A stretch of 63,997 nt of DNA, the filler included, from Saprolegnia diclina VS20 (taxonomy: Eukaryota), in NCBI RefSeq assembly GCF_000281045.1. It is 8 parts of 4 records of this genome, joined end to end, with 100 filler letters (N's around TTAATTAATTAA, not from the genome) between each part and the next. Parts side by side here need not be neighbours in the genome. Positions count along the whole stretch, not along the records: positions 60,800 to 62,741 come from NW_008246154.1; positions 62,842 to 63,997 come from NW_008246157.1; 6 more parts are not named here. One strand, written 5' to 3'. Under the pieces are notes generated by a model. The model did not search any database and was not told the origin of the DNA. It saw only the letters and a list, made by a program, of their open reading frames with translations. This document shows, piece by piece, positions 61,619 to 63,997 of the stretch. Position 1 is the first letter of the stretch. Each line of letters starts with the position of its first letter. The position numbers and the translations under genes were made by a program.

Positions 61619-62920
61619 TAAGCCAATGTACTACGACATGTATGAGCAAGCCAACACTATTTCGTCGCAACGGGTTATACGTCAACATGTCTTACAATTG
61701 ATTTAGAGCAAGTACGTTGTCTCTTTCACTTCGCTGGCTGTGCCGCTCGAGATCGGCGACGCAATCGGCGACGACNNNNNNNNNNNNNNNNNNNNNNNNN
61801 NNNNNNNNNNNNNNNNNNNNNNNNNNNNNNNNNNNNNNNNNNNNNNNNNNNNNNNNNNNNNNNNNNNNNNNNNNNGCGTGATGGCTCCACACGTGCCAGC
61901 TCGAGAGAAGGAACGCGAGCAGCGCCAGAGCGCTCGAGACGCCGAGCATCACCAGCTGCATTAGCTCCATGGTCGCGTTGTAGGATTGTCGTGTGCGTTG
62001 CTAGGTGCCCATTTGGGCGAATGCACCATAAATGTTGCAATCTAAAATTTTATGGACATGGCGCGAGAGAAAAGAGAAGGAAGGAAGCCACTGGGAAACC
62101 GGGCACTCGTTGTATGTTTAAGCTGCTACACACCAGCACTGCGCTCTCGTGGCTGGTAGCACGACAAGGGCCTTATCCATAAATTAGACTTCAAATTTGT
62201 ATTAACCAAGTAATTGCAACTCGACAAACTCTAGACCTACCCCTCTGAGCCTTTTTTTACCAATCAGATGGCTAAGAAATGATATACTCAATATGACTGG
62301 CGGAGACTTCTGGTTGCTGCACATTCATTGGACGCGACTTCTAATTTCCTGGCGAGAGTCTCCAGAGCCACACAGAGATGGAAGAGCGCACCCGGAACGT
62401 CCGAGCGCGAGTCCGAGCGGATCGACCGGGCCCGAAGACTCGGGTCGTAGCACCGAATGGAGTTCCGGTCTGCATCCTCTGCGGCATCCGCCGGTAGCAC
62501 ACGGTGCACTGCCCGTACGCCCTGTGCGATCGCCGTCGTCACGCATCCAAGTCGTACCTCTTTCGGCGGCATCCGCGACGCCTTGACGACGATGCGAACG
62601 GCGTGCAAGGGCTTTTCATCCACTGTCAGCTCCCAACCGGGCGAATGCCCAGTATAATTTATCAATTTATCCACCGCGTGATTTATCACGTTGAACTACA
62701 ATGGCATTTGATTGGACAAAAATACAATCCTGGACTCGGATNNNNNNNNNNNNNNNNNNNNNNNNNNNNNNNNNNNNNNNNNNNNTTAATTAATTAANNN
62801 NNNNNNNNNNNNNNNNNNNNNNNNNNNNNNNNNNNNNNNNNTGAAGACATTCCTATTGACAGCGCGCCGCGACTCCTCGCGAGTCTTGCGGGCATCACCA
62901 AGGACGCAGTCTTTCCCCGA

Positions 62921-63472
62921 TTGGATCAACCATTTGCGTGCGAGTTGATCAAGATGTGCTACCACCACGTACTCGACCAACATCGGTTCGTTCCAGAGAG
63001 CGACTGCAATTCCAAAGCGTTCCGTCGGTTTGCCACCCACGTCATCCTCCTCGACTGGTACCTCGACGAAGGCGCGCCGAATGCGGCCGGCGGCAACTAC
63101 CTCAGCACCTTCTTGCCGCCAAGTATGATCCTTGTGGTCGACTCGTTTCTGTTTGCGCGTCAATGCGGCGCGCCGACGCTGCTTCGCATGAAGAAGAATT
63201 TGCTGCAACCAAAGCTACTCTTGTACCTTCCCGAAGCGCTCCTACTCGCGTCGGCCAGCCAGCCCACGATCGCTCTAGACCCGTATGTCGGCGTCCTCGA
63301 GGATGCGATTGAGATGTTCAACGTCGACGAAGTAAGACATACGACGCTGGGAATGACCATCTTTGCGAACGGACCAGCGCGCCATCTGCCATTGGCCGAA
63401 ATGAATCCATTCAAGCCAATGAGCTTGTCCGAGCCTTCGCCTCCATGCGAGGTTGCCTCATCGGACGCATGA
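62921..63472 (+). CDS. Hypothetical protein fragment
   Basis: 183-codon open frame with coding-like composition. No recognised domain. Confidence 0.35.
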   Translation: MDQPFACELIKMCYHHVLDQHRFVPESDCNSKAFRRFATHVILLDWYLDEGAPNAAGGNYLSTFLPPSMILVVDSFLFARQCGAPTLLRMKKNLLQPKLLLYLPEALLLASASQPTIALDPYVGVLEDAIEMFNVDEVRHTTLGMTIFANGPARHLPLAEMNPFKPMSLSEPSPPCEVASSDA

Positions 63473-63997
63473 CGATCGTCCTCGGGGCGGTGATCTTAAC
63501 AGTCATCCTCCATTTGCTGCCCCGCTATGTCGTCGCGATTGTGGCCTTCGTGCTCTTGGTGATCATGCTAATCGCGAACGATGGCAACGGGCCCAATCTC
63601 TCCACCGCGACGAGCGAAGACGATCCCAATGCCCTCACCAGCTACGCGACCATGCTCATCTTCTTGTCGTATACGTGCGGCGACCTTTTTGCGGCGAGAC
63701 GAGTCATGCATACGACGACGATGATTTAGGGTCACAGCATTGCTCATCTGCAACTTTGTGGTGGAGGACGTCATCCCCGCGTACGTGAACCATCTCAACG
63801 CCACTGCGTAAGTTCTCACGCGGCTTGGCTTTTCTCCAGCGCCGCTCGACGTGACGGACGGCAGCGACGTGTCCGACGAAGAGTAGACGATAGCTAAAAA
63901 GCTGCCATTCTACTACAAATACCGATTTCAGTCTTGCATCGTCGACATTCGATGCACTACGGAGCGTGACCTTCTGGACGAGCGATGGCTGGACGAG

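Noticed and set aside
60815..61688. ORFs at 60815-61123 and 61248-61688
   Set aside because: They lie mostly inside the MITE and have no transposase or other domain motifs.
61876..61970. Possible start of a TMEM184/OST-alpha-like membrane protein (MELMQLVMLGVSSALALLAFLLSSWHVWSHH)
   Set aside because: Only about 31 codons precede a gap, too little to support a call.

Overview
Eukaryotic, GC-rich DNA with many short GT-AG introns. The gene repertoire points to an oomycete, most likely Saprolegniales (inference). The window is not one continuous locus: seven identical 100-bp spacers (44 N + TTAATTAATTAA + 44 N) join separate contigs, and there are three more plain N gaps. Host genes include a membrane-anchored GH5 glucanase, a tandem-PH protein, an ELMO-domain protein, a mitochondrial carrier, a NifS/SCLY-type PLP enzyme, a delta-9 desaturase, a Frag1/DRAM protein, an HA-repeat protein, a candidate DASH subunit Hsk3, an ACC-synthase-like aminotransferase, a BT1 transporter, a multi-PHD protein, two Myb/SANT-like paralogues, a cyclic-nucleotide-binding K+ channel, a large BEACH protein and a DOMON-ferric reductase. 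The most unusual region is 23-31 kb, a mosaic of scrambled, intron-retaining MCM7 fragments, a small foldback element and a LINE remnant, 2.67 kb of which recurs almost identically in inverted orientation on the next contig. Other non-coding structure includes a 781-bp Tourist/PIF-Harbinger-type MITE with perfect TIRs and TAA target duplication, a perfect 43-bp palindrome and a copia pol fragment. I found no convincing evidence for a wholly new multi-gene system. Family calls come from motif recognition, not database searches, and exon boundaries are approximate.
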